From the NCBI RefSeq assembly GCF_018977255.1, contig NW_024704742.1, positions 24,120,001 through 24,184,000 on the forward strand: 64,000 bases of DNA, given 5' to 3'. Source of the DNA: Callorhinchus milii (lineage: Eukaryota). The position numbers and the translations under genes were made by a program. A model generated the notes under the pieces. It had not been told where the DNA came from, ran no database searches, and saw only the letters and a list, made by a program, of their open reading frames with translations. Numbering within the stretch: the stretch's first letter is position 1; the number at the start of each line of letters is the position of its first letter. Below, piece by piece: positions 38,589 to 51,703 of the stretch.

Positions 38589-41529
38589 CTGTAAACTGTG
38601 ACAGCTGTCAAAGCAAAGTAAACATTAGCCAAAACATTATGACCAGTTCCATCACTCCACACACCTCCAGGCTCCTATCCCTACCCGCACTGTCACTGAA
38701 ACAGTGGTCAGAGCTCTCTCTTCCTGGCACTTTGGCTTTTCCACAATTGGAGGTGTTGACTCATCTCCCATGTTGTATTAATATACATCACAGATATTAA
38801 TGCAACATTTTAAAAACAATCTGAGTGTACACCAGCAAGGTACATGGGTGCACAGAGGTCGCCACCTGCCCAAATGTTTCTAAACTTTTTGTATTAAAAA
38901 ATTACATTAAATCTACAATCCAAAGGGAAGAAATTCAGAAATAATTCCAGCATTCAGAAAAATGAGAGCAACCGGAATAAGACGCGCATTAAATGTACAA
39001 GTGTAGATCTTGGAATGTAAGATGAATTTATTCAATAACCCCATCAGATTGTGTAAATTGTGTATCCTAGGCTAAAATTCCAGTTATCGATCCATGAAGA
39101 GTTATCGATGATGTCGGTCTCTAAAAGGATTTTCTATTATAATCATGCTTGATGCAAAGTCTATACATCTGGAATTTCAACCCTCTTGCTTGTTAGTGAA
39201 TGTACAGTATAAACCTATTGTTCTTACATTGATGTCAGGTTTGGCACCAGTTGTGAGGACACTTGGAAGACGCTACAAATGTATTTTAGCTGCAGAACTT
39301 CAGACAGTGAAATGCTGGACTAATTTAAGGCACAGCATGATACTGCAACAGGGAAGACAACAGGGTGGATGTTCTGCAAGGACGAGATCAAATGAGCCGA
39401 AGGGCTTTCTTCACCATACTTCTATTACAATCTTATGAAGAAAGGAATTGAAGCAATGAAAGAAAAAAGCAGAGACACAATAAGAGAAAACATTACATCC
39501 TCCATTCTTCTAGCCTGCGAGCTGCTCCAGAATTCTCCTTGATAATTTCTCTTCATTCCTTATTCCTTCCAGCTTTCTCCAGGCTTCCCCCAGTAATTGC
39601 ATTGGTTCTATCAGCTTGATGCTACCAGACTACACAATGCAAAATCTCAGTTTACTCATTTAACAATGATTTCTTCAGAAACATGAGCAATCTTTCCTGG
39701 TGCAACTCTCTTTTTAGTCTGCAGCTATTTTTAAAATCCCACCTGTGTGTTTCTTTTCCTTTTTCTGCCTGGTTATTACAAAATTAACCAAACAATGTAG
39801 ACCAAGCTTGAAGGAATCTGAATTAAAGGTAAGTTGTTACTCTGTTCTTAAAATCTCAAGCAACTGTCAGGACTTGTGTCACCTGACAGTCGCAACACTA
39901 GTAGCTTTAAATCAGTCCCAGAGTTTGATTAGAATATAGTTTGGCGGTCCTGTTGTCACTGCCTGCCTCTCACATTGGAGTGGCAGGCAGGAAGATTATA
40001 AAATTATCTTGAAAGGATTCAGCTTCCAAAGACAAATAATTTCAGCACAGTTGATGTTCCCACAAATCACTCGTTCCTTACCCTCACTCTCATTTCTCCT
40101 TTTGCTTCCTCCGTGTATCCCTCCTGCTTCACTGTCTTGAATTTTCGTGAAACTTGAAATTACTCTCTATCACAATATCCCTACCCAAATGTGTGTGTGC
40201 ACATTTGTCTGATTGTTCCAACCCGAGAATGGCAATTGGCCATCATATATCACCAAAAAAATTGACAAAGGTTAGATGTGAAAATTGGCTCAGTATTAAA
40301 GGCACTTCTCTTTCAAGAACCTGATTAGATCCAATTCATGTTATCATCAATTCTATCATTTGAAAATTCAAATTTGATTTCGAAACACTCTGCTACGATT
40401 AAAATAATTCTCCTATTAAAATGCACTCAGAACATTCACATCATTTCCAATGAATTGTACTTTGAAGGAGATTTGAGACATTAATTTTATGTGGAAAGCG
40501 CTATATAAATGCTATATTTTTAACAAATACATATAATCAACTAATGTCAAATTGTCTCCTTGAGGAGAAAATTGTCTCAGCAAAAGGTAATGAATGATAA
40601 ATGGAAAAGCTCTGTCATTAAGGTGAGTGCTGAGTGGAATTTCACAACATTCTGTTCAGGTTCCCTGCTGTTCACACACGGAGGTGAGTAATTCTTGGAA
40701 TATTTTAAAATTTGCTAGTAATACCAGGTTATGTGGTAAGATGATTAATGCAAGGAGAATAAATGCATTCAACCAAACCTGATTGAGGAGTGCTAAATCT
40801 ATATCGATGCAGATAACTGCAAGCTATTGCATGTTGAAACAAGAGACAGTAAACATCCGAGGAGGATGTTCCTGAGCAGAGGTGGAGAAAGAAAGGGTTT
40901 TAACTGGGATCATTTATAATTCACTTAATGTTTCCAGTCAACCTAAAGTTCTTATCAACAGAACTGGTAAGAGCTTCTCAGTAAATGTCAGAAGATTTTA
41001 TTCTACTTGTACAAAAGGTTACATTTGGAATATTGTGAGCAGATCAGGGTCAGCATATCATCAATAGGGCACTGAATTTGCAGAGAAGGGTCAAGGAAGA
41101 TTTCAAGGTTGAATCTGAGATATTGGAGTCTCTATGAGAGAGACGTTTATAAGGGCTTACATGTTTTCCCTGGAGAAAAAAAGATTGAGGATGAGGGTGG
41201 GTGTGAGGGTAAAATCCTGGGAGGCACTGATGTTCTATATTAACAAATTATATAGTGAGAATTGCAATCAGTTATGTGCCATATAACACATGTTTAAAAA
41301 TTAACTCCATCATCCAGAAGCTACATCAAGCATTCGTCATGCATTACTGCCTCCTCTCCTGATTCCATCACACTGGTTGGTCTTGAACTGCACATTGGAC
41401 TTGCCAGCCTGGAGATCGCTTCATTGTTGTGCTGGTTAGTGGAATTGTGGTTTAACTGAAGACCATCAGAGCAAAGCTAATATCCCAGACCGCAATTTCA
41501 AGGCTGGTTTGGTGTTGGGAATCAGGGCT

Positions 41530-42260
41530 GGATTGGATATCAGAGATTTGGCGATGGATGTTATGTTATTCTTCAAACTTACTGCAGCTGAAAGTGGACA
41601 AGATGGAAGCCATACTCTTTGGCTCCCGTCAAAGTCTTCACTCCTGCGTATCTAAACTCCTCAACCTTTCTGGGCTCTCACTCAGACTCAGTGCGCAATC
41701 TAGGCATCCGGTTCGACCCCCAGTTGTCCTTCCTCCCCTACATCTGGTCCCTGACCAGGACCGCCTTCCTCCACCTCACTGCCCGCCTCCGACCATACCT
41801 TACCCCAAATGCAGCCGAAACCCTCATGCATGCGTTTGCCACCTCCCACCTGGATTACTCAAATGCACTCCTTACCGAATAGATTGATTTCAAGATCCTC
41901 ACACTCATGTTCAAATCCATTCACTCCCTGGCACCTCCCTACCTCTCCGACTTCCTCACTCCCTAATCCACCACCCAGCACCTCCGCTCGATTGGCACCG
42001 GCTTCCTGATTGTCCCTCGTACCCTCCGCTACACATTGGAGATTGTCACTACGTTCAAAACTGTGGAGCACTCTCCCTCAATCCCTCCGCCTTGCCTCCT
42101 TTCTCCACTTTTTCAAGTCCTGCCTGAAAACCTTTCAGTTCGACTGTGCTTAAGGTCATACTTCCTCCCCACCCCCACCCAGTCAGGCTCCGCCACTATT
42201 AAGCTCTCTGAGACTCTACCCTGCATGGAGGGCACTGCAATATAAGTGTAAGTTGTTGTA
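41530..42260 (+). mobile_element. L2 LINE 3' fragment
   Basis: VRNLGIRFDPQLSF..., AETLMHAFATSHLDYSNALL, tail. Confidence 0.9.
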
Positions 42261-43474
42261 GGTGTGGATGATATGTGTAGTCTGCATTACTGAGGCTCTC
42301 TCTCATCATGAGAGACAATGGTTGAAACACAGGCATCACTATTACCAAATGCCAGTCAAATCCTACCTTAGTTCGTGTTGCTAAGGTACAGTGATTCATA
42401 TGTCTGCTGCGCACATCCCTCCTTCATTGATTAGCTCATCTGTCTGCTGTTGTTTGTCTTGGCTTGTTCTGTTCTATTGCACACAGACCACTTCCTGTTT
42501 GTGTTTTGTTCTGACATGTTGCTGAAGGTGTAATTATGGCTTTGCTGTGCTAAAATACACTCTACTATAACCTCAACTAGTATCAAAAGATGTAAACACT
42601 ACGGATCCAGCCTGTGACAAACGGGTTGCGTTGTCTTTCTGTGAATTTGTTGAAATGCCAGATTATGAAAGCAATACTTCTGCCAATACACCCTTTCAAT
42701 TTATGGAATTGGACTGTGATATTGTGGAGGTTCTTATCACACTGAAAACTAATAATTCCAAAGGGTCCAAATCTCTTTGGATCTCAATTGTAAGCCTACA
42801 AATGTAAGAACATGCAGAATTTTAGGAATATTGTTTTTGAGGAAATGCAGGAAACCAGCTCTCAAGTTCAGACTAAATTTCAGAATTTTGCAATTGACAA
42901 TATGCTTCAAACAGGGATTATGATTGTGTATCGAAGTTGCTGCACAGAAATCTGAGCAGAACTGCAGCCCTCAATGGTTTTGAATCAGCTTCTACAAATT
43001 TTTAACCCTAGTCCCGAATGTGTTTCTCGCCTCTCTCTGAACCAGTCATGTCAAATGGTGAATTAAAATCATAGGCTTGCATTTTTGGAAAACTCAGGCC
43101 ATCATCACACAGGGAAAAGTGCGTGCATAAGATTTTCTTCTGCCTATCTCTCCACTCCAAGGCTAATTTCTGTCTTCCTTTAGAAGCTGTGGAGTTAGTT
43201 GGTACACGAAGCCTTAGTTTTCAATCTAATGTATTGTATTCTGATTTGCAATGTGTCATAACAGATTTGCTAATTGTTGATTGTGTTATAAAATCTGTTG
43301 CATTTCACTCCTATTAAAATTGTTGAATAAAATTGTTTTTTTCAGTGAATGTTTGGTTTTGTTTGTTATTATTAGCAAGGATTATTATTGGAAGAGTTAT
43401 GTAATTTTGTGCAGCATTCAAATGTTGTCAGGAGTGCTGTTTTTAATCCTGGAAATCCAACTCTCTGATTCCCA

Positions 43475-44200
43475 CTTTCTAGGTTCTTAAATACTGCACT
43501 GAAGTAAATAAAGTAAAATCACATTCTGCATTGAATTCAAATGCAGTTGCAACTAAAACGAGAAATGGCAATTATTTAACAAATTTACAAATCGATCGGT
43601 TTCTGTGTGAGTTAAAATCTAGTGCTGTTGATGTATGTAAGATGTTTAGTGCTTTGAGATGAGGACTTGAAAGGGCAGACAAGTCATTGGGGCCAGAGAA
43701 TCATCTCACTCAGCTTGTATTAACCCTGTAAGGCAAACCCTAACGGGTGGTCCTAGCTAGATAAGCAGTGGGAAAGCTTGCCAGACAGCAATATCAATGG
43801 CAAGCTATGTGGTTTTATCTGGTTAGACTTCAGCAGTACCCCAACACACGCTCTGGACTCCCCAAGCCTTGGTTCTTGCCAACCTGCGCCTAATACTTTC
43901 TGCAATTAGGAGAGCAGGATGTGATCCTTCAGGGAGAGAGTGCACATTCCATTCCAACAATCTATCTCTGGAATTTCCATGTGAAGTGGGAGGCATGGAA
44001 ATCTCAATTTGTTTTGGATATTCTTAAGAGTTAAGCACGGTGATGGGTTTCCGCATATGTCCATACACCCGGTTGACCAAAAAAAACTTCCCAGGTTCTT
44101 AAATACTGACTGAAGTAAGTAAAATACAATCACATTCTGTATTTAATTTAAATGCAGATGCAGCTAATCTGAGAAATGTCAACTCTTTAACAAACAATTT
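43475..44200 (+). repeat. About 115-bp direct repeats (43475-43590 and 44087-44200) bracketing a CCHC-LINE 3'UTR copy (43712-44085)
   Basis: aggttcttaaatactg..ctgaagtaa...aatcacattctg...aaatgcag.tgca.ctaa...gagaaatg occurs twice. Confidence 0.8.
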
Positions 44201-44421
44201 ACCACGGTGTTAAACATACCAGATTATGTGGATTGCATCTCAAAGCATCTATTATGCTAGACCCCAGAGTCCCACCTTATCAAACTCACTTCATGTTTTG
44301 CACTTGCTCTGTTTGTTAAGTTAATTACACGCAGATTCTTTTCATTCAATACTACAAATGCAATTCCTCTCTTGCTTTCTCTTTATTTTTCTTTCTTTCT
44401 CTCTCTCTCGCTCTCACGTAC

Positions 44422-44470
44422 CTTGATTTGGGATTCAATTCTTTTTCTTCCGGTAAAGTCTCCTGTTGAG
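44422..44470 (-). CDS. TMEM154: TMEM154 exon ((S)QQETLPEEKELNPKS(S))
   Basis: cattccag acceptor, 49 nt, gtacgt donor, phase 1 to 2. Resembles mammalian LPTLKEEKESNHNPS. Confidence 0.85.
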
Positions 44471-44999
44471 CTGGAATGATTTAAGAGAATATATGACAGA
44501 AAGAACACATCAAAAAATCCATGCACCACAATTAAGCTTTGCTCTAATTAGCTTTGCCCGCAAACACAGTCAAAGCACTTTACAGTATATCATGTGAAGT
44601 GCATTGAGACATGATAAGGCGCTGAATCAAATGTAAGGAATATTGTTATTAATACTATTCTGAGGAAGAGGACCAGTACATGCCACAGTCAGCTCAGAGA
44701 GCTATAATCTCCATCAATATCAAACTAGTACATCTGCCATGTGGGAAAATTTCTTAAGAATTATCTGAGTGAAGAATAATTATTTTATTCTTTTCTGTAT
44801 TTTCCTGCTTCAACCTTATGATAATTATCTGAAGTGTTACTTTGCAGGTGGGTCTGCTCTTTTAGGAATTACGAGCTAAAAGCATGGGAAATGGAGACTT
44901 AAGGAAATATATGTGGAATTTCTTAATGGGATTCCTGGTAACTGGATTTGAAATTGCTCACTTGAACTCCTTACAACAACATCAACAACAAGATGGTGT

Positions 45000-45812
45000 A
45001 TTGAAGATGATGTCACATTGACTGTGTCGGATGCTGTAAGGGAAAAGGGGAAGGGGAGATGACCATGGTTGCAGTGAAAGGTAAATTTTTAGGTGGGATT
45101 TAAAGTCTGATACAGAAGAACAGAGATGGAGGGGCAGAGGCAGGGAGGTCCAAAGGTCAGGGGCATAATACCTAACGGCTCTGCCGTTACACAGTAGGAG
45201 GGGGGTGGGAGAGCATGTGCAGTTGGCCTACGTTAGCCAAGTTGAGGAGATTGGACAAAGATAGCAGGGATGGGGAGGTGCTTGAGGTGGGAGAGAATAG
45301 AGGATATAATTAGTGGTAGAGAACAGGAGCTCAGGGTTGTCTTCAGCCTCCTGGATAACTTTGGAATAAAAAGACATTTTAGTTTTGACAAAGGAGAGAT
45401 GAGTTTCTAAGGTGGCTGAGTCACATTTGGTGATGGACCGAGATGCTGGATTTGTGCCATCTGCGATTGGGATTTGAGAATGGTAGGAGTGGGAGTTGGT
45501 TCTGGATTTTGGGAGGCAGAGAGTGGTGTGTTAAACATGGAAAAGAGGCTTAGAGTGAGTAAGGAGAAAGAATTTTATTCTCATTGGTCTGAGCTGGATT
45601 GGAAAGCAGTTCACAAAGCTGAAAGGATTTGCCTCGTTGAACCAACCAGCGTCTTGTTAAATGAAGCAATAGAGAAATAGTGCAATAGAGGAGAGTGAGA
45701 TGGAGAGGAAGATGAAGGGAGTTCCAGACGTCAGGGGCATAGAAACTGAAGGCACTGCCGCCAATCATCACACAGAAGGGGTGTGGGATGTGCAGCAAGC
45801 CTGAGTTAGCCA
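45000..45812 (-). mobile_element. L2 LINE fragments
   Basis: NSGLLHIP...IGGSAFSFYAPDVWNSL (ORF 45550..45876). Confidence 0.65.
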
Positions 45813-45817
45813 CATAA

Positions 45818-46189
45818 TTATAATAATAATCCTTGCATTTGGTATAGCGCCTTATCACGTCTTCGAGACATCTCAAAGTGCTTCACCGAATATACTGTAA
45901 AGTGAACTGTGTATAGTTTGTGGACAAAACTCAGCAGCCAATTGTGCACAGCAGTGTCCCACAAACATTCGTGGATTGAGTGACCAAATTATTTATTTTT
46001 TTGAAGGGATTATTACCCCCAGAAAAGCGATCCACCGATCAACTAGCAATTGGGTTCCTACGTACTGCTAGGTAAGCAGAGCTGTGTGGAGTAAGGAAAC
46101 TTGCCCAATGTTTCACCCGGGCCGGGAATCAAACTCAGGTCCTCTCGCTTGCGAGGCAAGTACTGTAACCACTAAGCTACAGGACTCCA
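45818..46189 (-). mobile_element. Full-length tRNA-derived SINE (long variant)
   Basis: Head, body and tail intact. Confidence 0.9.
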
Positions 46190-46359
46190 CAAGTAGAGGA
46201 GACAAGCAGAAGCAGGGACTAAGAGAAGATTACAAAGATAGGGAAGTAGTGGGAAGTGAAGAGATTGATACCTTCTCTTATTTGGAATTGGAGGTACTGA
46301 GCTATAATCTCTTCATTCCCTAGAGAACTAGTCTATGCAATTCACACTCAGTTACTTAC

Positions 46360-46445
46360 AGGCTTTTTTTATGCTTCCCATCCATTTCTCCAGTTCATCC
46401 ATTTCAACCTCCATCACTGAATGAATGTCCTCTTCAAAAATTGGG
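46360..46445 (-). CDS. TMEM154: TMEM154 conserved cytoplasmic exon (PIFEEDIHSVMEVEMDELEKWMGSIKKA)
   Basis: aag acceptor, 86 nt, gtaagt donor, phase 2 to 1. Close match to the TMEM154 hallmark PIFEEDTPSVMEIEMEELDKWMNSM. Confidence 0.95.
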
Positions 46446-48048
46446 CTTTAAACAGAACAAACAATCACCTTTAGGGGAATATTTTTCACTTACTCTGGGA
46501 TGTTCACAGTTTGTAAATATCAAATCAGAATCATAAAAATTATATAAAATAATTGAGACATCTTTAATTTCCTTTTACCAGTGACAGCCACAAATCTATT
46601 TGAACTGTTTTGCCTTCAGAGTCTTCCATTACGAGGTCCACTACACAGGTCCAGTCGTTCTCCTTTCTTAAGTAGCACATAAACTATATTTCCCAAATGC
46701 TGTGTAATGAGCAGTCTCCAGCACTCATCATGCTGACTGTAAACCAACCTGCTGTCATAGACAAAGCCAGCATCTCTGAGCCACTTGCATTAATGTCCTG
46801 CTCACTGTACATTTCGAGCAGCTTTTAGAGCCACTTAGCATCTCAAATCTAATAACAGGCAGTTGGGGCAGGAGACAGAACTGCTGAATGTGAACGTCAA
46901 TCAAAGACTACAGTAGCGAAAATAACAAGTCAGCACTTTTGTTATAGATTCAAATCCAATCACAGTCACTTAGACCCCAGAGTTCCAACATATCTAACTG
47001 AAAAAGGAATGGGATTTTAGGTCACCCCTCCCACAAGAGATACAAGATGGTCCCCACTCTCTGGTCAGAACCAATTTTACATTGCACTGCAACAATAAGC
47101 ATTGTCAAAGTAAACCTATGATCCATAGGCTGACTCTTTGCGATAGTGGCAGAAGGAAGAATTAACACTGGTGTGAATCTTTATTGAAATTTGCAGGACT
47201 AAACTGGCAGAGTAAATATACAACCTCATTACCTGCCTGTTGAGTGCACCGGTATGTCAAACAGAAGGGGAGATCGAGGAGGATTCAAGTAATTTAAATT
47301 CAAGTGGTTTACCGCAGCCTGATTCAAACACACTGAATTAATTTGTGTCAGGCCAAGGGAGGGCTCATTGGTGTTGCAGGGATAGGTGAAGACTGAGATG
47401 AAGAAAGCGTGCAAAGGATGAAAGATAAAGAAAATAATTTACCACAGAGGAACAGTACTGAATATAAATTGAAAATGAATTTGACAAAAAACAAAGCAGG
47501 CACAAGAACGCATCTTGTTCTGGGTTCTAATCGTTCACAAACTATGACCTACCACAGATTGCTATCAAGATTTCTAATAACCGTGTGACCTGTGAACTCA
47601 GTAATAACTGATGCCACAGTTTTATTGTCCATTTCCTATTGGTAAAACGGGATCTTAAAGTCAATCTCACAGCACACCACCACCAGATTCACATAGATTC
47701 ACACTTTGGTGCTGATAATGAGAATGCGCAAGAAGCATATTCCTACTGGTACATATGGAGCAACCACACCACCGCATACAGAGCAACCACACTCTCCATC
47801 ACTCATACAGAACTAAGCTAAACAAGTCTTAATACAGTACAGTTAGTCTGACCAATTCATTATTTGAAGCAAATTAAATGAATTTGTGAGTGTATCTAAC
47901 TTCTACTTTGATCCACTGTCAAATGACAAATAAATACAGTTCTGCATAGCTCCCAATCATATCTTTAGAATCTGTGTCCATTTACCTACATTGACCTTCA
48001 GTGGACCTCTTTTTTAAATAATTCTGCAAAAAGTTTGAATCATCTTAC

Positions 48049-48085
48049 CTTGCTAGATTTTCACTGGTAGCTTCATCATCCAGGA
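48049..48085 (-). CDS. TMEM154: TMEM154 micro-exon ((I)LDDEATSENLA(S))
   Basis: ctttattttcctcag acceptor, 37 nt, gtaaga donor, phase 1 to 2. SEN motif corresponds to mammalian ELGSENV. Confidence 0.85.
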
Positions 48086-48192
48086 CTGAGGAAAATAAAG
48101 TTAGGACAAATTTATTTAAGCAAACTTTCTGTGAAGAGTTGAGTTAATTTTAAGTTGGACATACAGTTTTTCTGTTTGAGAGATGGAGAATG

Positions 48193-48790
48193 AACAACAA
48201 CAACTTGCATTTGTATAGCTCCCCTCACACAGGGTAGCATTCCAGAGCACTCGACAGTGGTGGAGCATGACAACGACCTGGGGGGGGAGGGGTGAGGAGG
48301 AGGTAACCGTAGGCACGGCCGAATAGGAAGGTCTTCAGGCGCAATCTGAAGATGGGGAAGGAAGCGGCAAAGGGGGAAGGATAGAGGATGAGTGTTCCAG
48401 AGTTTCGAGGCATAGCAGCTGAAAGCTCAGCCACCAATGGTGGAACGGAGGGAACGAGGGACATGCAGAAGACTAGAGCAGTCGAGTGGAGGCAGCGGGC
48501 TGTGGGTTGGGAGGTAAGCAGGTCGGAGAGGCAGGAAGGTGCCAGGGCATGAAGGGAATTGAAAACAAGTGTGAGCATCTTGAAATCGACCCGTTCAGTG
48601 ATACGGAGCAGGTGAAGCCTGGGTGGAACTAGTGTGATGGGGGTGCAGAGTTTTGTGCAGGTGAGTATGCGGGCAGCGGAGTTTTGGATTATCTGGATCT
48701 TGTGCTTGATGATGCTAGGGAGACCAGCGAAGAGGGCATATGAGATGTCGAGTAGGGAATTGACGAATGCATGGACGAGACAAAGCTTTG
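48193..48790 (-). mobile_element. L2 LINE 3' fragment
   Basis: LVHAFVNSLLD...IQIIQNSAARILT (ORF 48225..48806), tail gttgttgtt. Confidence 0.9.
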
Positions 48791-51429
48791 CTTTGCAATA
48801 AAGCAACTTTCCAAGTGCACAAAAGAACTTCTCTCCTCAGTATCGTATAGACTTGTTTTCCCACTGATGTTCTATAGACCTGCAGTAACTGGAATCGCTA
48901 CAAGCCAGCACTGGTCAGCCGGCTTCCTATCTACCGCATCTCATTCAGCCCTATTTTCCTACATATGCTTTCTGCTCTCCCTCACTCTTTTCAATTCCCC
49001 CATCCATGGCTGAGAATTCGTCTACTCTGCTCCTCCTCTCTGGACTCTTTCACCAAATCTCTTTGCCTTGCACCTTCTCTCCCTCCTGACAAAACCAATT
49101 TAAAAGCCTGTTTCACTGCACTTTGATCAACACTCGTAAATCCTCCATCATCTATCTCCTTGTTGAAAACAAGTGCTCTGGGACGCTACCCCATGTGAAG
49201 GGCGCTATCTAAATGCAAGTTGTTGTTGTGAACCAAGTGTTGAAGCTTAGATACCTGAATTGAATAATACTTTGATCAATGTGGGTAGTAAAATAATCAA
49301 TTGGGAACATTTAAGAAGAGCTAGTATCCTCATTACATCAGATTATTACTCCAGGCATGTGCTTATTTCCTTTGCTAGCTTTGAAAACAGCAATTAGCAG
49401 CCAATCCTTAAAATAGTCATGGTTGTAAGCAATCATGCATAAATCCACTGGGAATAGGTTGAGAAAAAATGTTAGTCCCATCCTCATTATATTTGTTTCC
49501 TGAAAGCAGTAAATAAAGGCACGATGCTACTATGTACTCAAAAATATTGGGTGATTGGGTGGAACATTAGGTGGGTATACTGGCCTTGCAGTTTCGAGAG
49601 CTGAGTTTAGATAGACCTAGCTCAGACTGTTGACTGTAAGGGTCCTATCTTAATATAGTTTGGGCAATGACAACCAACTATTGAGAGGCACAGGCCCACT
49701 GTAGGATACTACCCATAGCCTGACAGTCACTCAAGAGCTATAAAGGTTGGCATGAGAAATGCAGAATAGCAAATTGATCAGTTATTTCCAGCAACAAGAT
49801 CTTAACCAGGAAAAATTGTAATGCACAATATTTTCATTAATATTTAACAGTCAACCTTTGTTGCAGGACTCTTCCTTTTCCTTGTAATCAAAGACCTGGA
49901 CTCACAGACTCAGTGCCAAGATAGTTAAATTAACCATTTTCACTGAGTTTTGTTGAATTAAAGGCAGCAAATACAAAATAAAATGTGTTTTCATGTCTAT
50001 AATGTTGAAATGCCTTAAGGTATTCCATAGGCAATTGCTGCCAAGTGTAGTTTATGTGTTCTTGTAAATAAGAGAGAGAGCTAGGGAGCAGAGAGCCCTG
50101 CAGTGTGAGGAGGGAACTGAGTGAGGTGGAACAGTGAGAATTATGTTAAGGAATTTAGTGAGAGTGGGAATTCTTCAACAACAACAACAAAATTACATTT
50201 GCATAGCACCTTTCACATCAGGAGAATGTCCCAAGGTACTGAGAGATACAAGAAAGAAAAAACTATTTTATTCAGCAGAAGGGTGGGAAATTTTTCTTGC
50301 GGTAGAGGCGACCTTATATGTAAGCAGGCAAACAAGTCAATTAGCAGTTAATCATAGGTCAGATGTTGGGATTAATACATTTTCAGACCAGTCACAACTG
50401 GGTGTTTTTGTTTGAGTCCTATATAAAGGGGGAAGACTTGTGAGAACCTCACTTGAACAGAAAGCCCAGTAGAGTGAGGTGGGAAACAGAGTAAGGATAC
50501 TGTTAAGGAATTTGGTGAGAGTGGGAATCTTGAGCAAGAGAGAACTGGGGAGCAAAAGACTGGGAATTCTTTCTTGAGCAAGGGAGAACTTTACAAGGAA
50601 ACAAGTTAAATTGGCAGTTGGTCACAGGTTAGGTGTTAGGGATCAGTTAATTAAGTGAGATTTGCAAGTGCCTCACTTGAGCAAAGAGCCCAGCAGAGTG
50701 AGGAGAGAATGGAGTGAGATTTCTGTTAAGGAACTTGGTGAGAGTGGAAATTTGGTGCAAAGGGAGAAGGAGGTGCATAATTATAAAGTATATAATAGTT
50801 ATATTAAAGTAATATAAAATATGTCTGGGAATATGGCAGGGCAGCTAAAACTGGTTGATTGCCCTATGTGGGAACTCCAGAATGCTTTGTGTGCCATGGA
50901 AAATTTGTGTGTAGGAAGTACCTCTGGCTGCTTGAGCTTGAGCTCAGGGTTTCTGAAAACTCACCCGGTCTGGGGTCACTGAGGGAAGCAAGGGTGGAAA
51001 TAATGGAGTCTCTGGCCATGACCTTTCAATCCTCCTTGGAAACTGGGGTGGTGCCAGAGGCCTGGAGGGTTGCAAATGTTACTCCCCTGTGCAAGAAGGG
51101 GCAGAAGGATAAACCTGCAAATTACATGCCAGTCATCTTAACGTCAGTACTGGGCAAATTTCTAGAGACTATAATCTGGGGCAAAATAAATTTTCACTTT
51201 GAAAATATGGGTTAATAAAGGACAGCCAACATGGATTTGCTGAAGACAAATCATGTCTAACAAACCTGGTAGAGTTTTTTTTTATGAAGTAACAGAGAGG
51301 GTAGATGAAGGCAGTGCAATTGATGTACTTTATATGGATTTTCAAAAGGCATTTGATAAAGTGCCACATAAGAGACTTTTAAGCAAAATTAAAGCCCATG
51401 GTATTAAAAGGACAGTGGCAGCATGGATA

Positions 51430-51661
51430 AGTTTCCTTACTCCACACACCTAATAATAATCCCTCCAAAACAAAACAATAATAAATTGGTCATTTTCAAT
51501 CTACGACTGTTTGTGGGACATTGCTGTGCGCAATTGGCTGCCGCGTTCGCCCACAAATATACAGTCAATTCACTTTACAGTGTGTTCTGTGAAGCACTTT
51601 GGGACGTCCTCCTGACGTGAAAAGCGCTATATCAAATGCAAGGATTATTATTATTATTATT
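51430..51661 (+). mobile_element. Young tRNA-SINE (short variant) inserted in the CR1
   Basis: Interrupts CR1 AAWI|QNWL. Nearly identical to 62268-62510. Confidence 0.9.
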
Positions 51662-51703
51662 ATACAGAACTGGCTTGGAGACAGAGTGCTGGTGAATGGC
51701 TGT

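Noticed and set aside
47233..47392. Exon-like segment with acceptor and gtaatg donor between TMEM154 exons
   Set aside because: In the incoming phase 2 it hits a stop after 9 codons, and it has no homology. At most an alternative or poison exon.
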